The notes: generated from the letters alone by a model not told the origin. A stretch of 64,000 bases of DNA from an uncultured cyanobacterium (GCA_963744145.1 CAVUSO010000001.1:6176001-6240000); one strand, 5' to 3'. Shown: positions 1-11,549, counted from the stretch's first letter. A program made the numbers and translations.

Positions 1-345
1 ATATTCACCCCCTGGTTTTTTCGATACTACTTCGATCGTCAATTGGGGTACTACTCCGTTTTCTTCCCAATTCACATAGCTTAAACGTAGATTTTCCCCC
101 TTAATTCTGGGGACTCCTAAGCTTAAGAACCCATCGGGCGCTAAACAGGGTTTTTTTGGATCAAAATGCCAAGCCATATCAATTCCAAAAAACCAATCTT
201 GCCGATCGCGCCAAATATAACTTAGTATAGATTTTAACAGATGACAAACTAAATCTTGTAATTCACTATCCACGGGTTGATCGTCAGAATATGGTAATTC
301 TGCTGCGGTTGGGAGCTTTTTTTCTAGCTGGTTGTAAGTTAGCAT
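1..345 (-). CDS. Uma2-family (DUF820) putative endonuclease, copy 1; 3' part runs off the window
   Basis: 1-423 is nearly identical to 949-1371; start CAT at 343-345 encodes MLTYNQLEKKLPTAAELPYSDDQPVD. Confidence 0.85.
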   Translation of the reverse strand, partial: MLTYNQLEKKLPTAAELPYSDDQPVDSELQDLVCHLLKSILSYIWRDRQDWFFGIDMAWHFDPKKPCLAPDGFLSLGVPRIKGENLRLSYVNWEENGVVPQLTIEVVSKKPGGEY

Positions 346-423
346 AGTTAGATATTATTCTGAGCAGAAACTAACTTTTCTATCCTGATCATACCATAAA
401 TAGTCAAAAGTTTATAATTAAGT

Positions 424-1293
424 TTAAGAAGGATCAGGCTCAATTCCCAGCGATCGCAATTGTGCCGCCAATTTCTCGGCTCGATGGTTCGCTTCTATCT
501 GGGCTAATTCTGCTAGCTGTGCTTGTTGTTGAGCTTCCCTCTGGGCTAATTCTGCTAGCTGTGCTTGTTGTTGAGCTTCCCTTCGGGCTAATTCTGCTTG
601 TTGTGCTTGTTGTTGAGCTTCCCTTCGGGCTAATTCTGCTTGTTGTGCTTGTTGTTGAGCTTCCCTTCGTGCTAATTCTTCTAGCTGTAACGCTTCTTCC
701 TGGGTTTTATATCGATCGCCTTTTTCATCATACCAATATAACCACTCTCTTCTAATTCCTTCATAACTACCAATCTCTACCCCAATTCCTAAGCCAATTT
801 CTGACATCCAGACCCGATTTCCTGGGATTAATTTATATTCACCTGCGCTCAAATGGTATACCATTAACTGCGGCTGACGACGACGGAATGGTGCATAAAT
901 CACGTAATACAATACTCCTTGTTTCTCATATTCAATTTTCTTGCGTTTATATTCACCTCCTGGTTTTTTCGATACTACTTCGATCGTCAATTGGGGTACT
1001 ACTCCGTTTTCTTCCCAATTCACATAGCTTAAACGTAGATTTTCCTCCTTAATTCTGGGGACTCCTAAGCTTAAGAACCCATCGGGCGCTAAACAGGGTT
1101 TTTTTGGATCAAAATGCCAAGCCATATCAATTCCAAAAAACCAATCTTGCCGATCGCGCCAAATATAACTTAGTATAGATTTTAACAGATGACAAACTAA
1201 ATCTTGTAATTCACTATCCACGGGTTGATCGTCAGAATATGGTAATTCTGCTGCGGTTGGGAGCTTTTTTTCTAGCTGGTTGTAAGTTAGCAT
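424..1293 (-). CDS. Uma2-family (DUF820) putative endonuclease with coiled-coil repeat tail, copy 2
   Basis: LAPDGFLSLGV / IEVVS / YEKQGVLYYVIY motifs; tail of ELARREAQQQAQQA repeats ending LAAQLRSLGIEP. Confidence 0.9.
   Translation of the reverse strand: MLTYNQLEKKLPTAAELPYSDDQPVDSELQDLVCHLLKSILSYIWRDRQDWFFGIDMAWHFDPKKPCLAPDGFLSLGVPRIKEENLRLSYVNWEENGVVPQLTIEVVSKKPGGEYKRKKIEYEKQGVLYYVIYAPFRRRQPQLMVYHLSAGEYKLIPGNRVWMSEIGLGIGVEIGSYEGIRREWLYWYDEKGDRYKTQEEALQLEELARREAQQQAQQAELARREAQQQAQQAELARREAQQQAQLAELAQREAQQQAQLAELAQIEANHRAEKLAAQLRSLGIEPDPS
500..680. repeat. 42-nt tandem repeat (14 aa) in the tail of Uma2 copy 2
   Basis: about 4 copies of gggctaattctgct..tgtgcttgttgttgagcttccct. Confidence 0.85.
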
Positions 1294-1371
1294 AGTTAGA
1301 TATTATTCTGAGCAGAAACTAACTTTTCTATCCTGATCATACCATAAATAGTCAAAAGTTTATAATTAAGT

Positions 1372-2157
1372 TTAAGAAGGATCAGGCTCAATTCCCAGCG
1401 ATCGCAATTGTGCCGCCAATTTCTCGGCTCGATGGTTCGCTTCTATCTGGGCTAATTCTGCTTGTTGTACTTTTTGTTGAGCTTCCATCCGGGCTAATTC
1501 CGCTAGCTCGGCTCGATGGTTCGCTTCCATCCGTGCTAATTCTTCTAGCTGTAAAGCTTCTTCCTGGGTTTTATATCGATCGCCCTTTTCATCATACCAA
1601 TATAACCACTCTCTCCTGATTCCTTCATAACTACCAATCTCTACCCCAATTCCTAAGCCAATTTCTGACATCCAGACCCGGTTTCCTGGGATTAATTTAT
1701 ATTCACCTGCGCTCAAATGGTACACCATTAACTGTGGCTGACGACGACGGAATGGTGCATAAATCACGTAATACAATACTCCTTGTTTTTCATACTCAAT
1801 TTTCTTGCGTTTATATTCACCCCCTGGTTTTTTCGATACTACTTCGATCGTCAATTGGGGTACTACTCCGTTTTCTTCCCAATTCACATAGCTTAAACGC
1901 AGATTTTCTCCCTTAATTCTGGGAACTCCTAAACTTAAGAACCCATCGGGTGCTAAACAGGGTTTTTTTGGATCAAAATGCCAAGCCATATCAATTCCAA
2001 AAAACCAATCTTGCCGATCGCGCCAAATATAACTTAGTATAGATTTTAACAGATGACAAACTAAATCTTGTAATTCACTATCCACGGGTTGATCGTCAGA
2101 ATATGGTAATTCTGCTGCGGTTGGGAGCTTTTTTTCTGGATGTTTGTAAGTTAGCAT
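1372..2157 (-). CDS. Uma2-family (DUF820) putative endonuclease, copy 3, shorter tail
   Basis: near-identical catalytic region to 424-1293; different upstream sequence. Confidence 0.9.
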   Translation of the reverse strand: MLTYKHPEKKLPTAAELPYSDDQPVDSELQDLVCHLLKSILSYIWRDRQDWFFGIDMAWHFDPKKPCLAPDGFLSLGVPRIKGENLRLSYVNWEENGVVPQLTIEVVSKKPGGEYKRKKIEYEKQGVLYYVIYAPFRRRQPQLMVYHLSAGEYKLIPGNRVWMSEIGLGIGVEIGSYEGIRREWLYWYDEKGDRYKTQEEALQLEELARMEANHRAELAELARMEAQQKVQQAELAQIEANHRAEKLAAQLRSLGIEPDPS

Positions 2158-2250
2158 AGATATTTAGATGATCAAAAAATAATTTTTCTATCTTTATCAT
2201 ACAATGAAGGTTCAGTTAAGAATATTTTTGATATCTCGGCTTTAGAAGAA

Positions 2251-2343
2251 GGGTGAAGCATTCGGGGATAAGATCACTGCCCTTCGACTTCGCTCAGGGT
2301 AAACTTTAATCGCTCAATTTTCGCCCGAATGCTTCACCCCTAC
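2251..2343. repeat. REP-like hairpin (GGGTGAAGCATTC...GAATGCTTCACCCCTAC) with a short dispersed repeat in its loop
   Basis: arms match the repeats at 52611-53012 and 57137-57770; loop contains cccttcgacttcgctcagggtaaac (2280-2304). Confidence 0.7.
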
Positions 2344-2393
2344 ACTATTGCGGGATAACAAAGAGAAAACTCTTCATTATCCCGTTAATGATT

Positions 2394-5300
2394 CTAACTT
2401 CCGCCGATCCGTGCTACATTACGAGAATTCTCTTCAAAGGCTGCGGTTAGAGCGTCATCACCACTTAACCCTGACTCTAAAGCTTGTTTCAATGCTTCCA
2501 ATACACGCTTATAATCGGTCGGCATAACTTTCACAAACTTCGGCACCATTTCCTTCCAATTAGCTAGAACTTGAGCTGCTTTCTCGCTCTTAGTATAGTC
2601 TGTATGCTTTTGGATCATTTCTTGGAGATCATCAATCTCTTCGGGATCTTCAAGTTTTTCTAGACCGACCATTGACATATTACAGCGAGTTGCAAAATCA
2701 CCTTGTTCATCAAGAATATAGGCAATTCCTCCACTCATTCCAGCAGCAAAATTACGACCAGTTTTTCCTAATACGACAACTTTACCACCTGTCATATATT
2801 CACAACCGTGATCACCGACACCTTCTACTACTGTGTTTACTCCCGAGTTACGCACACCAAAGCGTTCTCCTGCCATACCCCGAATATATACTTCACCAGC
2901 AGTAGCACCATAGAGAACGACATTACCAACAATGATATTTTCTTCGGCGACAAAGGTAGAAACTTTGGGTGGATAAAGAATAATTTTGCCACCACTCAAA
3001 CCTTTACCGAGGTAATCGTTAGCATCTCCTTCTAATTCCAAAGTAACACCTTTAGGAACAAAAGCACCAAAACTCTGACCGGCACTACCTTGGAAATGTA
3101 AATGTACTGTATCTTCTGGTAATCCTTCCCAATGACGTTTAGTGATCTCATTCCCCAGAATTGTTCCTACTACACGATTAATGTTGGTAATCGGTAAAGT
3201 TGCTGTGACTTTTTCACCCTGTTCGATCGCGGGTTTACATAAATCAAGCAATACTTTCATATCCAGAGACTTCTCTAGTCCGTGATCCTGGGGAATTTGA
3301 CAATACCGACCAACTTCCGGACCAACTTCTGGTTGATAGAGAATATTGGAGAAATCTAAACCCTTAGCTTTCCAATGGTCGATCGCTTTCTTTGGTTCAA
3401 GAATATCAGTCCGTCCGACCATTTCATTCACAGTTCGGAAACCAAGTTGAGCCATAATTTCCCGGAGTTCTTGAGCAACAAACGTCATAAAATTGACAGT
3501 ATGCTCAGGTTCACCAGTAAATTTTTCTCGTAATATTGGGTTTTGGGTAGCAACTCCGACAGGACAAGTATTCAAATGACACACCCGCATCATAATACAG
3601 CCTAGAGTTACCAGAGGAGCGGTAGAAAAACCAAATTCTTCAGCACCTAACAGAATTGCGATCGCGACATCTCGTCCAGTCTTTAATTGACCATCAGTTT
3701 CGACCACAATCCGACTTCGCAGATTATTTAAAACTAAGGTTTGATGGGTTTCTGCTAATCCTAATTCCCAAGGTACACCCGCGTGTTTAATGGAAGTTTG
3801 GGGTGATGCTCCTGTACCACCATCATAACCAGAAATTAACACCACATCAGCATGAGCTTTAGAAACACCAGCAGCGATCGTCCCGACACCTACTTCCGAG
3901 ACTAACTTAACACTAATCCGGGCTTGGCGATTAGCATTTTTCAAATCATGAATTAACTCAGCTAAATCCTCAATGGAATAGATATCATGGTGAGGTGGTG
4001 GTGAAATTAAACCTACACCTGGAGTCGAATGTCGGACCTTCGCGATCGATGGATATACCTTACGTCCTGGTAACTGTCCACCTTCTCCTGGTTTAGCTCC
4101 TTGAGCCATTTTAATTTGTAATTCCTTCGCTTGAGATAAATACAAGCTAGTCACTCCAAACCGACCCGATGCTACCTGTTTAATCGCACTATTTTTAGAA
4201 TCCCCCTTGTCATTTTTCCAGGTATAACGAGCGGGATCTTCTCCACCTTCACCAGTATTCGATTTTCCACCTAAACGATTCATCGCGATCGCTAAGGTTT
4301 CGTGAGCTTCTTGAGAAATGGAACCATAACTCATTGCTCCTGTTTTAAACCGTTTCACGATTGCTTCTACTGGTTCAACTTCCTCAATTGGTACGGGTTG
4401 ACGCTCTTTAAATTCCAGCAATCCCCGTAAGGTATAATGTTGTTGGTCTTGCTTATTTACCAATGTAGCATATTGCCGATAAAGATCATAATTACCAGCA
4501 CGAACTGCTTTTTGCAGAGTATGAATAGTCTCCGGACTAAATAAATGAGCTTCTCCATCTTTGCGCCATTGATATTCCCCACCCACCTCAAGAGTGCTAT
4601 CATTAACTGCACGATCGGGGAAACCGTGATGATGACGTAAAATTGCTTCTTTGGCAATTACTTCTAAATCTACACCTTCAATCCGCGAAGGAGTCCAGGT
4701 AAAATATTTGTCAATGACAGAACGATTGAGTCCGATCGCTTCAAAAATCTGGGCTCCCCGATAACTTTGCAGGGTAGAAATTCCGATCTTAGAAGCAACC
4801 TTAATTACTCCTTTAGTGGCTGCTTTGATATAGTTCTTAAAAGCAGTCTTGCTATCAATATTCACTAGCAAATGTTGACGGATCATATCATTAATCGTCT
4901 CAAATGCTAGATAAGGATTGATCGCACCACAACCATAACCGATCAATAAAGCGTAATGATGTACTTCGCGAGGTTCACCTGACTCTAGCACGAGACCAAC
5001 TCTGGTGCGTGTACCCATGCGAATTAAGTGATGATGTAACCCAGCAACTGCTAACAAAGCTGGAATCGCTGCTTGTTCTGGATTGATCCCGCGATCGCTA
5101 AGAATAATAATATTTATTCCAGCATCAATTGCTTGATTAGCGCGATCGTAAATATCAGCCATTACTTTTTCCAAACCTTGCACACCCTCTAACGGATTGA
5201 ACAGAATTGGGAAGGTAACTGACTTAAAACCATCCTCATTAATATATTTCAGTTTGGCAAGTTCTTCATTACTCAGGATCGGTGTTTTCAACTCAATCAG

Positions 5301-6983
5301 ATGACAACTTTCTGGTACTGGTTCTAACAAATTGCGCTCAGAACCAATTGTAGTTTCAGCGGAAGTAACTATTTCCTCACGAATCGAATCGATCGGTGGA
5401 TTAGTCACTTGAGCAAAAAGTTGTTGGAAATAATCGTAAAGCAGTTTCGGTCGATCTGAAAGTACCGCGAGGGGAGTATCTGTACCCATAGCACCAACTG
5501 CTTCCACTCCATCCTGAGCCATTGGTGCTAATAATAAGCGGATCTGCTCAAAAGTATAACCAAAAGCTTGATGATGCTGAATCAGAGTTTGGGGATCTAA
5601 TGTGGGTAATTCTGGTGCATCTTTTACTTTCGCAAGTTCGACCATTTGTTGATCGATCCATTCGCGATAAGGATGTTCTGTGGCAATTTTATTTTTGATT
5701 TCCTCATCAGCAATAATCCGTCCCTCTTCCATATTAACGAGGAACATCCGACCTGGTTCGAGACGACCTTTTAATTTCACCCGTTCTGGTGCAATGGGTA
5801 ATACACCTGCTTCCGATGCCATAATTACCAGATCATCTTTAGTAACATAGTATCGGGAAGGACGCAAACCATTCCGATCTAGAACTGCACCCATCATCGT
5901 TCCATCAGTGAAAGCGATCGAAGCTGGACCATCCCAAGGTTCCATTAAACATGAGTGGTATTTATAAAACGCTTTTTTTGCATCACTCATGGACTCATGA
6001 GCTGTCCAAGGTTCTGGGATCATCATCATGACCGCATGGGGTAAAGAACGTCCCCCCAAAACCAACAGTTCTAAGGCGTTATCAAAAATCGTCGAATCGC
6101 TACCATTGAGATTGATGAGATTGGGAATTTTTTTCAGATCATCCCCAAACAATTCTGATTGGAACAAAGATTGTCTGGCGTGCATCCAGTTAATATTGCC
6201 ACGTAGGGTGTTAATTTCACCATTGTGGGCAATGTAGCGATAGGGATGACTGCGTTCCCAACTGGGGAAAGTGTTAGTGCTGAAACGGGAGTGTACCAGT
6301 CCCAACGCACTTTCCATGTCAGGATCATGGAGATCGGGATAATATTCCCCGACTTGCACGGGCATCAGCATTCCCTTGTAAACCAGAGTACGACAAGAAA
6401 GACTGCATTGATACCAGAAAGAATCGTTTTTTTGTCGGTGAATTTCACGGTGAGTAAGTTTACGAATCACATAGAGTTTGCGCTCGAAACTGTCTTCATC
6501 AACTATTTCTGGCGATCGCTCGATGAACACCTGTTGCATGAAAGGTTCACTCGATTTAGCTGTATCACCAATCGATGAATTATTAGTGGGTACATTGCGC
6601 CAACCAATTACTTTTTGTCCTTCCTTGGTGACAATTTCCTCAAAAACTTTTCTACTTTGTGCCCGAATTACTGGATCAGGGGATGAATAGATCAAACCAA
6701 CTGCATATTTACCTGCTTCGGGAAGAACAATATTTTCCGCAGCAGTTACTTTTTGGAGGAATTTGTGTGGGACTTGGATTAAAATACCAGCGCCATCACC
6801 CGTATTAATTTCGCAACCACAAGCACCACGATGGTCAAGATTCAACAAAATTGTTAGTGCTTGCTCAATGATATCGTGAGATTTCTTTCCTTTCATCTGG
6901 ACGATAAACCCCACACCACAAGCATCATGCTCGAATTGTGGATCGTAAAGACCTTGTTTGGATGGCTGGTGATTTTTGTTCAT
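2394..6983 (-). CDS. gltB: glutamate synthase large subunit
   Basis: HDACGVGF N-terminal amidotransferase, [40 protein letters not shown]e-S motif; 1529 aa. Ferredoxin versus NADH type not determined. Confidence 0.97.
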   Translation of the reverse strand: MNKNHQPSKQGLYDPQFEHDACGVGFIVQMKGKKSHDIIEQALTILLNLDHRGACGCEINTGDGAGILIQVPHKFLQKVTAAENIVLPEAGKYAVGLIYSSPDPVIRAQSRKVFEEIVTKEGQKVIGWRNVPTNNSSIGDTAKSSEPFMQQVFIERSPEIVDEDSFERKLYVIRKLTHREIHRQKNDSFWYQCSLSCRTLVYKGMLMPVQVGEYYPDLHDPDMESALGLVHSRFSTNTFPSWERSHPYRYIAHNGEINTLRGNINWMHARQSLFQSELFGDDLKKIPNLINLNGSDSTIFDNALELLVLGGRSLPHAVMMMIPEPWTAHESMSDAKKAFYKYHSCLMEPWDGPASIAFTDGTMMGAVLDRNGLRPSRYYVTKDDLVIMASEAGVLPIAPERVKLKGRLEPGRMFLVNMEEGRIIADEEIKNKIATEHPYREWIDQQMVELAKVKDAPELPTLDPQTLIQHHQAFGYTFEQIRLLLAPMAQDGVEAVGAMGTDTPLAVLSDRPKLLYDYFQQLFAQVTNPPIDSIREEIVTSAETTIGSERNLLEPVPESCHLIELKTPILSNEELAKLKYINEDGFKSVTFPILFNPLEGVQGLEKVMADIYDRANQAIDAGINIIILSDRGINPEQAAIPALLAVAGLHHHLIRMGTRTRVGLVLESGEPREVHHYALLIGYGCGAINPYLAFETINDMIRQHLLVNIDSKTAFKNYIKAATKGVIKVASKIGISTLQSYRGAQIFEAIGLNRSVIDKYFTWTPSRIEGVDLEVIAKEAILRHHHGFPDRAVNDSTLEVGGEYQWRKDGEAHLFSPETIHTLQKAVRAGNYDLYRQYATLVNKQDQQHYTLRGLLEFKERQPVPIEEVEPVEAIVKRFKTGAMSYGSISQEAHETLAIAMNRLGGKSNTGEGGEDPARYTWKNDKGDSKNSAIKQVASGRFGVTSLYLSQAKELQIKMAQGAKPGEGGQLPGRKVYPSIAKVRHSTPGVGLISPPPHHDIYSIEDLAELIHDLKNANRQARISVKLVSEVGVGTIAAGVSKAHADVVLISGYDGGTGASPQTSIKHAGVPWELGLAETHQTLVLNNLRSRIVVETDGQLKTGRDVAIAILLGAEEFGFSTAPLVTLGCIMMRVCHLNTCPVGVATQNPILREKFTGEPEHTVNFMTFVAQELREIMAQLGFRTVNEMVGRTDILEPKKAIDHWKAKGLDFSNILYQPEVGPEVGRYCQIPQDHGLEKSLDMKVLLDLCKPAIEQGEKVTATLPITNINRVVGTILGNEITKRHWEGLPEDTVHLHFQGSAGQSFGAFVPKGVTLELEGDANDYLGKGLSGGKIILYPPKVSTFVAEENIIVGNVVLYGATAGEVYIRGMAGERFGVRNSGVNTVVEGVGDHGCEYMTGGKVVVLGKTGRNFAAGMSGGIAYILDEQGDFATRCNMSMVGLEKLEDPEEIDDLQEMIQKHTDYTKSEKAAQVLANWKEMVPKFVKVMPTDYKRVLEALKQALESGLSGDDALTAAFEENSRNVARIGGS

Positions 6984-7517
6984 TTTGATTGAGTAAAATT
7001 GACTAATGTTTAGTCATTGCTAGCTGATCTAACAAGACTTACAAGCAAAGATAGGGGCTGATGACAATATCCTCCTACTGAAGACTATTAGTAGGGGATG
7101 GTGTCATTTATAGTAAACGATGAGAACGGATTGACTGGAGTTATAGATCAGATTTTGTCGCTATATATGGTAATAGATACTAGATTTTAAAGAATGTTTG
7201 ATCTAATACTGTATGATTTTACACAAATTATTATTAGGGATGGCCATTGATTGACTGCTGGACATAGTTCTGGATTTCCACTCTTTCCTTGGTAGCCTGC
7301 TCACAACCCACTCAGTTTTGGTGATGACCAGAGTAATCACATCGTATTGGGTCTTTTGAGAAAGATATTTAGCGGGCCCTGGTTCTTTGGGTAACAGAAT
7401 AGGGATATGTGGCTTGAATTGTCGCGATCGCCGTCAGATGTGGAGATTAACTAACTGAACATAGCAATCATTTTGCAAAATGGTGAAGTAGTACCTACTA
7501 ACTGGAGAGAATAATTT

Positions 7518-7700
7518 ATGAGAGAGCCTACTGAATTAGAAAAAAAAAACAATACCAAAGACTTATAGAAATATTTGCCATAGCCAGACAACGATATTTA
7601 AGTGATGGGGGCGATCCTAGAAGTCCTGGTGGTATTCTCAATGGTAAAGATTGTTTGACTGCTGAGGAAAAACAAGAAATTGTGGAGTTAGGCAACCAAG
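7518..7700 (+). pseudogene. small hypothetical gene remnant
   Basis: GGAG then ATG 7518 (MREPTELEKK); frame shifts in a poly-A run into QYQRLIEIFAIARQRYL...EIVELGNQVF; cut off by the RAYT fragment. Confidence 0.4.
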
Positions 7701-7873
7701 TTTTTTTTTGAGAATATAAAGAAAGACTTGGCGACATTCTAGACGCATTAAGCGAAATTCACGCATTTTTGCATCGAGTAGTAATATGATCAGAAAAGTG
7801 ATGAGACATAAATGGTCTTTCTCGCTGATTGCTTATGTGGAATAGGCTGCGTTAAGTATACCGTTTATGGTAG
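7700..7873 (-). pseudogene. 5' fragment of the RAYT transposase with upstream sequence
   Basis: diverged copy of 13340-13515. Confidence 0.8.
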
Positions 7874-8171
7874 GATGCCTACGGCACGCTCTCGCGTTCG
7901 CCCAACTTCCGTCGATATCTCCCAAAATATCCTTAAACGAACGGGGATGGGTTCCTCTATAGGAACCTTTGCGACGTTTCAAAATTGATAGCTCTGGTTG
8001 TGGCTCTAATTTTCCATTTAACCTAATTGGAGCTTGCGATCTGGCGATCGCAATTATCAATTTTAAAGAGGATTCCTGTAAAGCCCGTAGAGTAGTATTT
8101 AAGGCATCAATTATTTTCGAGTCGCCATTGATAATATAGCTACAGTGGTTTGTGTCTAGCAGGTACGACAT
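7833..8171 (-). pseudogene. chimeric ORF: truncated PIN/VapC toxin N-terminus fused to a Uma2-like fragment
   Basis: MSYLLDTNHCSYII is a PIN start; QAPIRLNGKLEPQPELSILKRR..HP is Uma2-like; junction near HIP1 at 8044-8051. Confidence 0.65.
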
Positions 8172-8176
8172 AGTAA

Positions 8177-8434
8177 CTAAAACTGGGATTCTGAACGGGT
8201 TTCACGAACAAAGTTCAGACAGTCTTCTAGGTCGTCTCCTTGCCAATTTTTCGGATGTTTGAGTAAATCTTTTGCTTGCTTCCCTCGTTTAATGGGCGAA
8301 AGTTTACGCCGCGTGGGTGAATCTGGTGTAGCGCTTTGGATAGAGTCGAGAAAGCTACTGACGAGAGCAAGTCTGTCAGGAGAGAGTCGATCGAGTTGGC
8401 TATTAATTTTTTGGCGAAGTTGAGACTGGTTCAT
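8177..8434 (-). CDS. putative antitoxin partner of the PIN toxin
   Basis: 85 aa directly upstream of the PIN start; WQGDDLEDCL..VRETR C-terminus; AGGAG RBS. Confidence 0.6.
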   Translation of the reverse strand: MNQSQLRQKINSQLDRLSPDRLALVSSFLDSIQSATPDSPTRRKLSPIKRGKQAKDLLKHPKNWQGDDLEDCLNFVRETRSESQF

Positions 8435-8516
8435 TTTTATTTCTCCTAAATATTTATTTTATTCATAATTGCTACTGTTGACGATCGCAATTATCAATTT
8501 TAAAGGTAATATCAAC

Positions 8517-9119
8517 TTAACGTTCCTGCATCATCCAGACAAGAAACCCCAAGATTTGTTCAACGGGAGGGAGTGGATAATCAGTAAGATCAATGGATAC
8601 GCATTGCTCTTCTAGTTTAAGAAACCGCCAAACTGTACCACTACTAACCGTTCCGTAAATTGTCGATATTGGCTGTTGTTTTTGTTGGTTAAAGCGTTGA
8701 GCAGCAACCATTTCGGCAAGGCATTGTCCTAGAGCGGGTTTTAGGTCTTCTTTCTTAGCTTCCACCAAGATCACCACAGGAGCTTTGATAAATAGTTGCT
8801 CCGGAGAACGACTCAGCAGAAAGTCAACATAGCCAGTGAGTTCAGCTTCTGGTTCGACATTGAATTCTTCCCCAGAAAAAACGCTAATCTGTCCTTGAAG
8901 CTGACGCTTTACTTCTAGTAGCACAGGGTTAATTATGCCCTCAGAACGGGCTTTCTCGCTACTTACTGCAATCGCCCAGGGAATTGTTTCTTTAAGAGTA
9001 TCCTGAAGTAAAGGACTGGGAGTGATGCGGGGAATTTCTGGTAAAAAACGATCTCCTTCAATGATGGTGAGATGGAAATCTTCCACAGTTTTGCTGAGGG
9101 TAAATTTACTGTAAGCCAT
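8517..9119 (-). CDS. conserved hypothetical protein, probable PD-(D/E)XK-like fold
   Basis: GYVDFL...VEAKKED...GQCLAEMVAAQ...YGTVSSGTVWRF. Confidence 0.75.
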   Translation of the reverse strand: MAYSKFTLSKTVEDFHLTIIEGDRFLPEIPRITPSPLLQDTLKETIPWAIAVSSEKARSEGIINPVLLEVKRQLQGQISVFSGEEFNVEPEAELTGYVDFLLSRSPEQLFIKAPVVILVEAKKEDLKPALGQCLAEMVAAQRFNQQKQQPISTIYGTVSSGTVWRFLKLEEQCVSIDLTDYPLPPVEQILGFLVWMMQER

Positions 9120-9166
9120 AGATTTATACTTCCGCTTTTTAAAGAGGATTTATGAGTGATCGGTGG

Positions 9167-9228
9167 GTGGGGGCGAGTTTTGTTTAATGATCGATGGGGA
9201 TCAAACTTCTGGGTGAACTCGCCCCTAC
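9167..9228. repeat. REP-like hairpin
   Basis: GGGGCGAGTT...AACTCGCCCCTAC inverted arms. Confidence 0.5.
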
Positions 9229-9350
9229 AGCGATCGGAACTTATGGGATAAAATTCATAAATTGAACTAAAGAGGAATATTACCAACTGGGTAACGCAAC
9301 TAAAATTTCTGCTATCTATAAGTCTTCAAAAAGCGTATCGACTCTAATCG

Positions 9351-9587
9351 CTATGTCTGGAAATGAAAGAGGTGAGATGTTTTCACCACGTCTAAATTGT
9401 TGGATACTTTTATACCCAAATCATGACGAGTCCCAATCGGTGCCATATAAATAATATCCCCATCAATTAGTTCTGTCTTACCATCCCCAAGCATCCCCAA
9501 TTCACCCAGCTTGTAATATTCCTCCACCGTGAATTGCTTTCTTGTTGGTTTTGTTGCTGTTGCTACTGCGATCATCTTTCTTACCAT
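9351..9587 (-). pseudogene. truncated Uma2-family N-terminal fragment
   Basis: FTVEEYYKLGELG...ELIDGDIIYMAPIGTRH, then unrelated sequence. Confidence 0.7.
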
Positions 9588-9619
9588 CCTATTGCTTGAA
9601 TGGGGTCTACCTAACAGTT

Positions 9620-9777
9620 AATTGTACCCTAACGGATGCGAGGTAATGCTGATTGTCCCGTAGGCGATCCAGTTCTCCGTCGCATATTTGCCGATCGCAG
9701 TTAATTGTTAGAGCAATCGAGTAGCGATCGCTCCACCCGATTTGGGTGTGGTGGTTTTTTTGGGGAGCGATCGCCAA
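9620..9777. repeat. 158-bp dispersed repeat, copy 1, ending in a HIP1-closed hairpin
   Basis: near-identical to 11550-11707. Confidence 0.85.
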
Positions 9778-9957
9778 TACCCTAACGGATACCAGAGGGA
9801 CGAATACAAATACGGCTTGGTTCCGGTTTGCGATCGCTCCAAATTCCCCCAGCACAAGGTCATTTAACTAGAAGCGATCGCTCTGGGCGCGACCTAATCT
9901 GTCCCAGAAGCGACCCACCGATCTGTCCCATGCCCCACCGATCTGTCCCAGGAGCAA

Positions 9958-9995
9958 TATAGTTCAGACACTATATTAGTATCAATCACAATCAT
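9958..9995 (-). pseudogene. stub of a FitB/VapC PIN toxin
   Basis: MIVIDTNIVSEL overlaps the antitoxin stop, then is replaced by repeat DNA. Confidence 0.65.
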
Positions 9996-10245
9996 ATAAA
10001 TCTTCAAAACTAGGTGGTTCGCGTAAGGGTTCTCTAACAATAGTTGGGATCTCAAAATCTCCAAAATGGGCAAAACGTCTCTTGATAGCTAAGGCAAGAT
10101 TTAAGGGTGAGAGATGATTTTCTGTCAAAACAGTGCGGAGGATTTCTTTGGCTTCTTCTTCGAGAGAACGCCCATAATATTCAGCTCGCTTTTGCAGACG
10201 GGTTTTCAGGTCATCATCAAAGTTTTGAATCGTGATGTTGCTCAT
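9982..10245 (-). CDS. FitA-like ribbon-helix-helix antitoxin
   Basis: MSNITIQNFDDDLKTRLQKRAEYYGRSLEEEAKEIL...REPLREP. Confidence 0.8.
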   Translation of the reverse strand: MSNITIQNFDDDLKTRLQKRAEYYGRSLEEEAKEILRTVLTENHLSPLNLALAIKRRFAHFGDFEIPTIVREPLREPPSFEDLYDCD

Positions 10246-10329
10246 AATAAATTCAGTTGCTAAAGTTATATTTTTTGGCTCTAAATATCAGAATAGTATA
10301 GCATAACTGAACGCATCCCACCTAGCACT

Positions 10330-10574
10330 TTAACCAACTGCAAACTCAGTAAATTTCCGTCCATCGGGAGCTTGAAACGCCAGAACTATATCTTGCTTAG
10401 GAACTTCAGCTTCTACTAATTCATTCTTCACCCCGATTTCTGTACCATCCCGTTCAATCCAAATTTTGCCATCTTTGATTTCCACATAAATAATACAACC
10501 AAATACTCGCGTTAGCTCTTGCCAAGCAATATTAAGAACTTGATAGCGATCGCGTTCCTGATCAACTATCAATA
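10330..10574 (-). pseudogene. xisI: XisI-family protein lacking its N-terminus
   Basis: DRYQVLNIAWQ..RVFGCIIYVEIKDGKIWIERDGTEIG...VPKQDIVLAFQ; 5' end replaced by the antitoxin fragment. Confidence 0.75.
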
Positions 10575-10719
10575 GGCGAAAGTTTACGCCGCGTGGGTGA
10601 ATCTGGTGTAGTGCTTTGGATAGAGTCGAGAAAGCTACTGACGAGAGCAAGTCTGTCAGGAGAGAGTCGATCGAGTTGGCTATTAATTTTTTGGCGAAGT
10701 TGAGACTGGTTCATTTTTA
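10575..10719 (-). pseudogene. duplicated 5' part of the 8177-8434 antitoxin
   Basis: near-identical to 8295-8439. Confidence 0.85.
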
Positions 10720-10795
10720 AGCAACAGCCATAATTTCAGGATTATTTTCTAACCAAATCTCCCAAAATCTTCAAAGCTCCTTCATCTTTTTTCGG
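10715..10795 (-). pseudogene. 3' fragment of the RAYT transposase
   Basis: diverged copy of about 12687-12768, including the stop. Confidence 0.75.
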
Positions 10796-10853
10796 AGGGC
10801 GATCGCCCTTACTTTTGCTAAAATAAAAACAGCGATCGCACTTCTTACCCAAC

Positions 10854-11357
10854 TTATGAAGTGATTAATTCTCCTACTAATTGTCGGAATTCTCCTGTTT
10901 GAGGATTCAATTTAAAACTGTCACCATCCATTAATCTTATCGTTAAATTATCCTCATTTATGATAATTTGTTCTGGCAAATCGGGGAAGCCATGATTAAA
11001 TCGTAAAGAACCATTGAGGTTAAATAATAATATTTCGTGTTCCGTCAAAACTGCCGTCACTTCTTGAACGATTTTAATCTGAATTAGGTTAGCTGTTAAA
11101 GGCATGGCAACACAAATGTGACCGCTTGACAGACAAAGGGCTGCTAATTGTCGATCGATACCTATCCAAAGCAGTTTTTTATCGGTTGAATATTCAATAG
11201 TTAAATCGACTAATTCACTACACCAGCTAAGTCCATAACATCCTAAAGTTTCTCCCAAGTCTAAGCAAGCAAATTTTCGGGCATATTCGTGAACAATAAT
11301 TTGCCGAATGGCTGGAATTTGGTTGAATTCTAATTGGCTGATGGAGTGTATTTGCAT
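10854..11357 (-). CDS. hypothetical protein; probable start MQIHS
   Basis: open frame of plausible composition; the ORF-track extension to 11468 overlaps repeat-like DNA. Confidence 0.55.
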   Translation of the reverse strand: MQIHSISQLEFNQIPAIRQIIVHEYARKFACLDLGETLGCYGLSWCSELVDLTIEYSTDKKLLWIGIDRQLAALCLSSGHICVAMPLTANLIQIKIVQEVTAVLTEHEILLFNLNGSLRFNHGFPDLPEQIIINEDNLTIRLMDGDSFKLNPQTGEFRQLVGELITS

Positions 11358-11549
11358 AACTGTGATGGATCGTCTTGCATTAGTGGGGGTGGAGGTGACA
11401 CGACCGAAAAAGAAGTCGAATTTGCTAGATTTAATGGTAAATCCTATGCCTTGAATCAGTTCATCCATTTTGAAAAAGGGTTGTCACCTCTCAAAGAAGT
11501 CGAATTTGCTAGATTAATTGATGCCTAAAGCTGCGGCTAGGCTGTTGAC

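Noticed and set aside
462..755. Hydrophobic repeat ORFs at 462-755 and 1410-1619, and similar antisense ORFs over pentapeptide and REP repeats
   Set aside because: Antisense or repeat-derived frames with no independent support
7211..7224. NtcA box upstream of gltB (GTATGATTTTACAC)
   Set aside because: One mismatch to GTA-N8-TAC in AT-rich DNA; too weak to call
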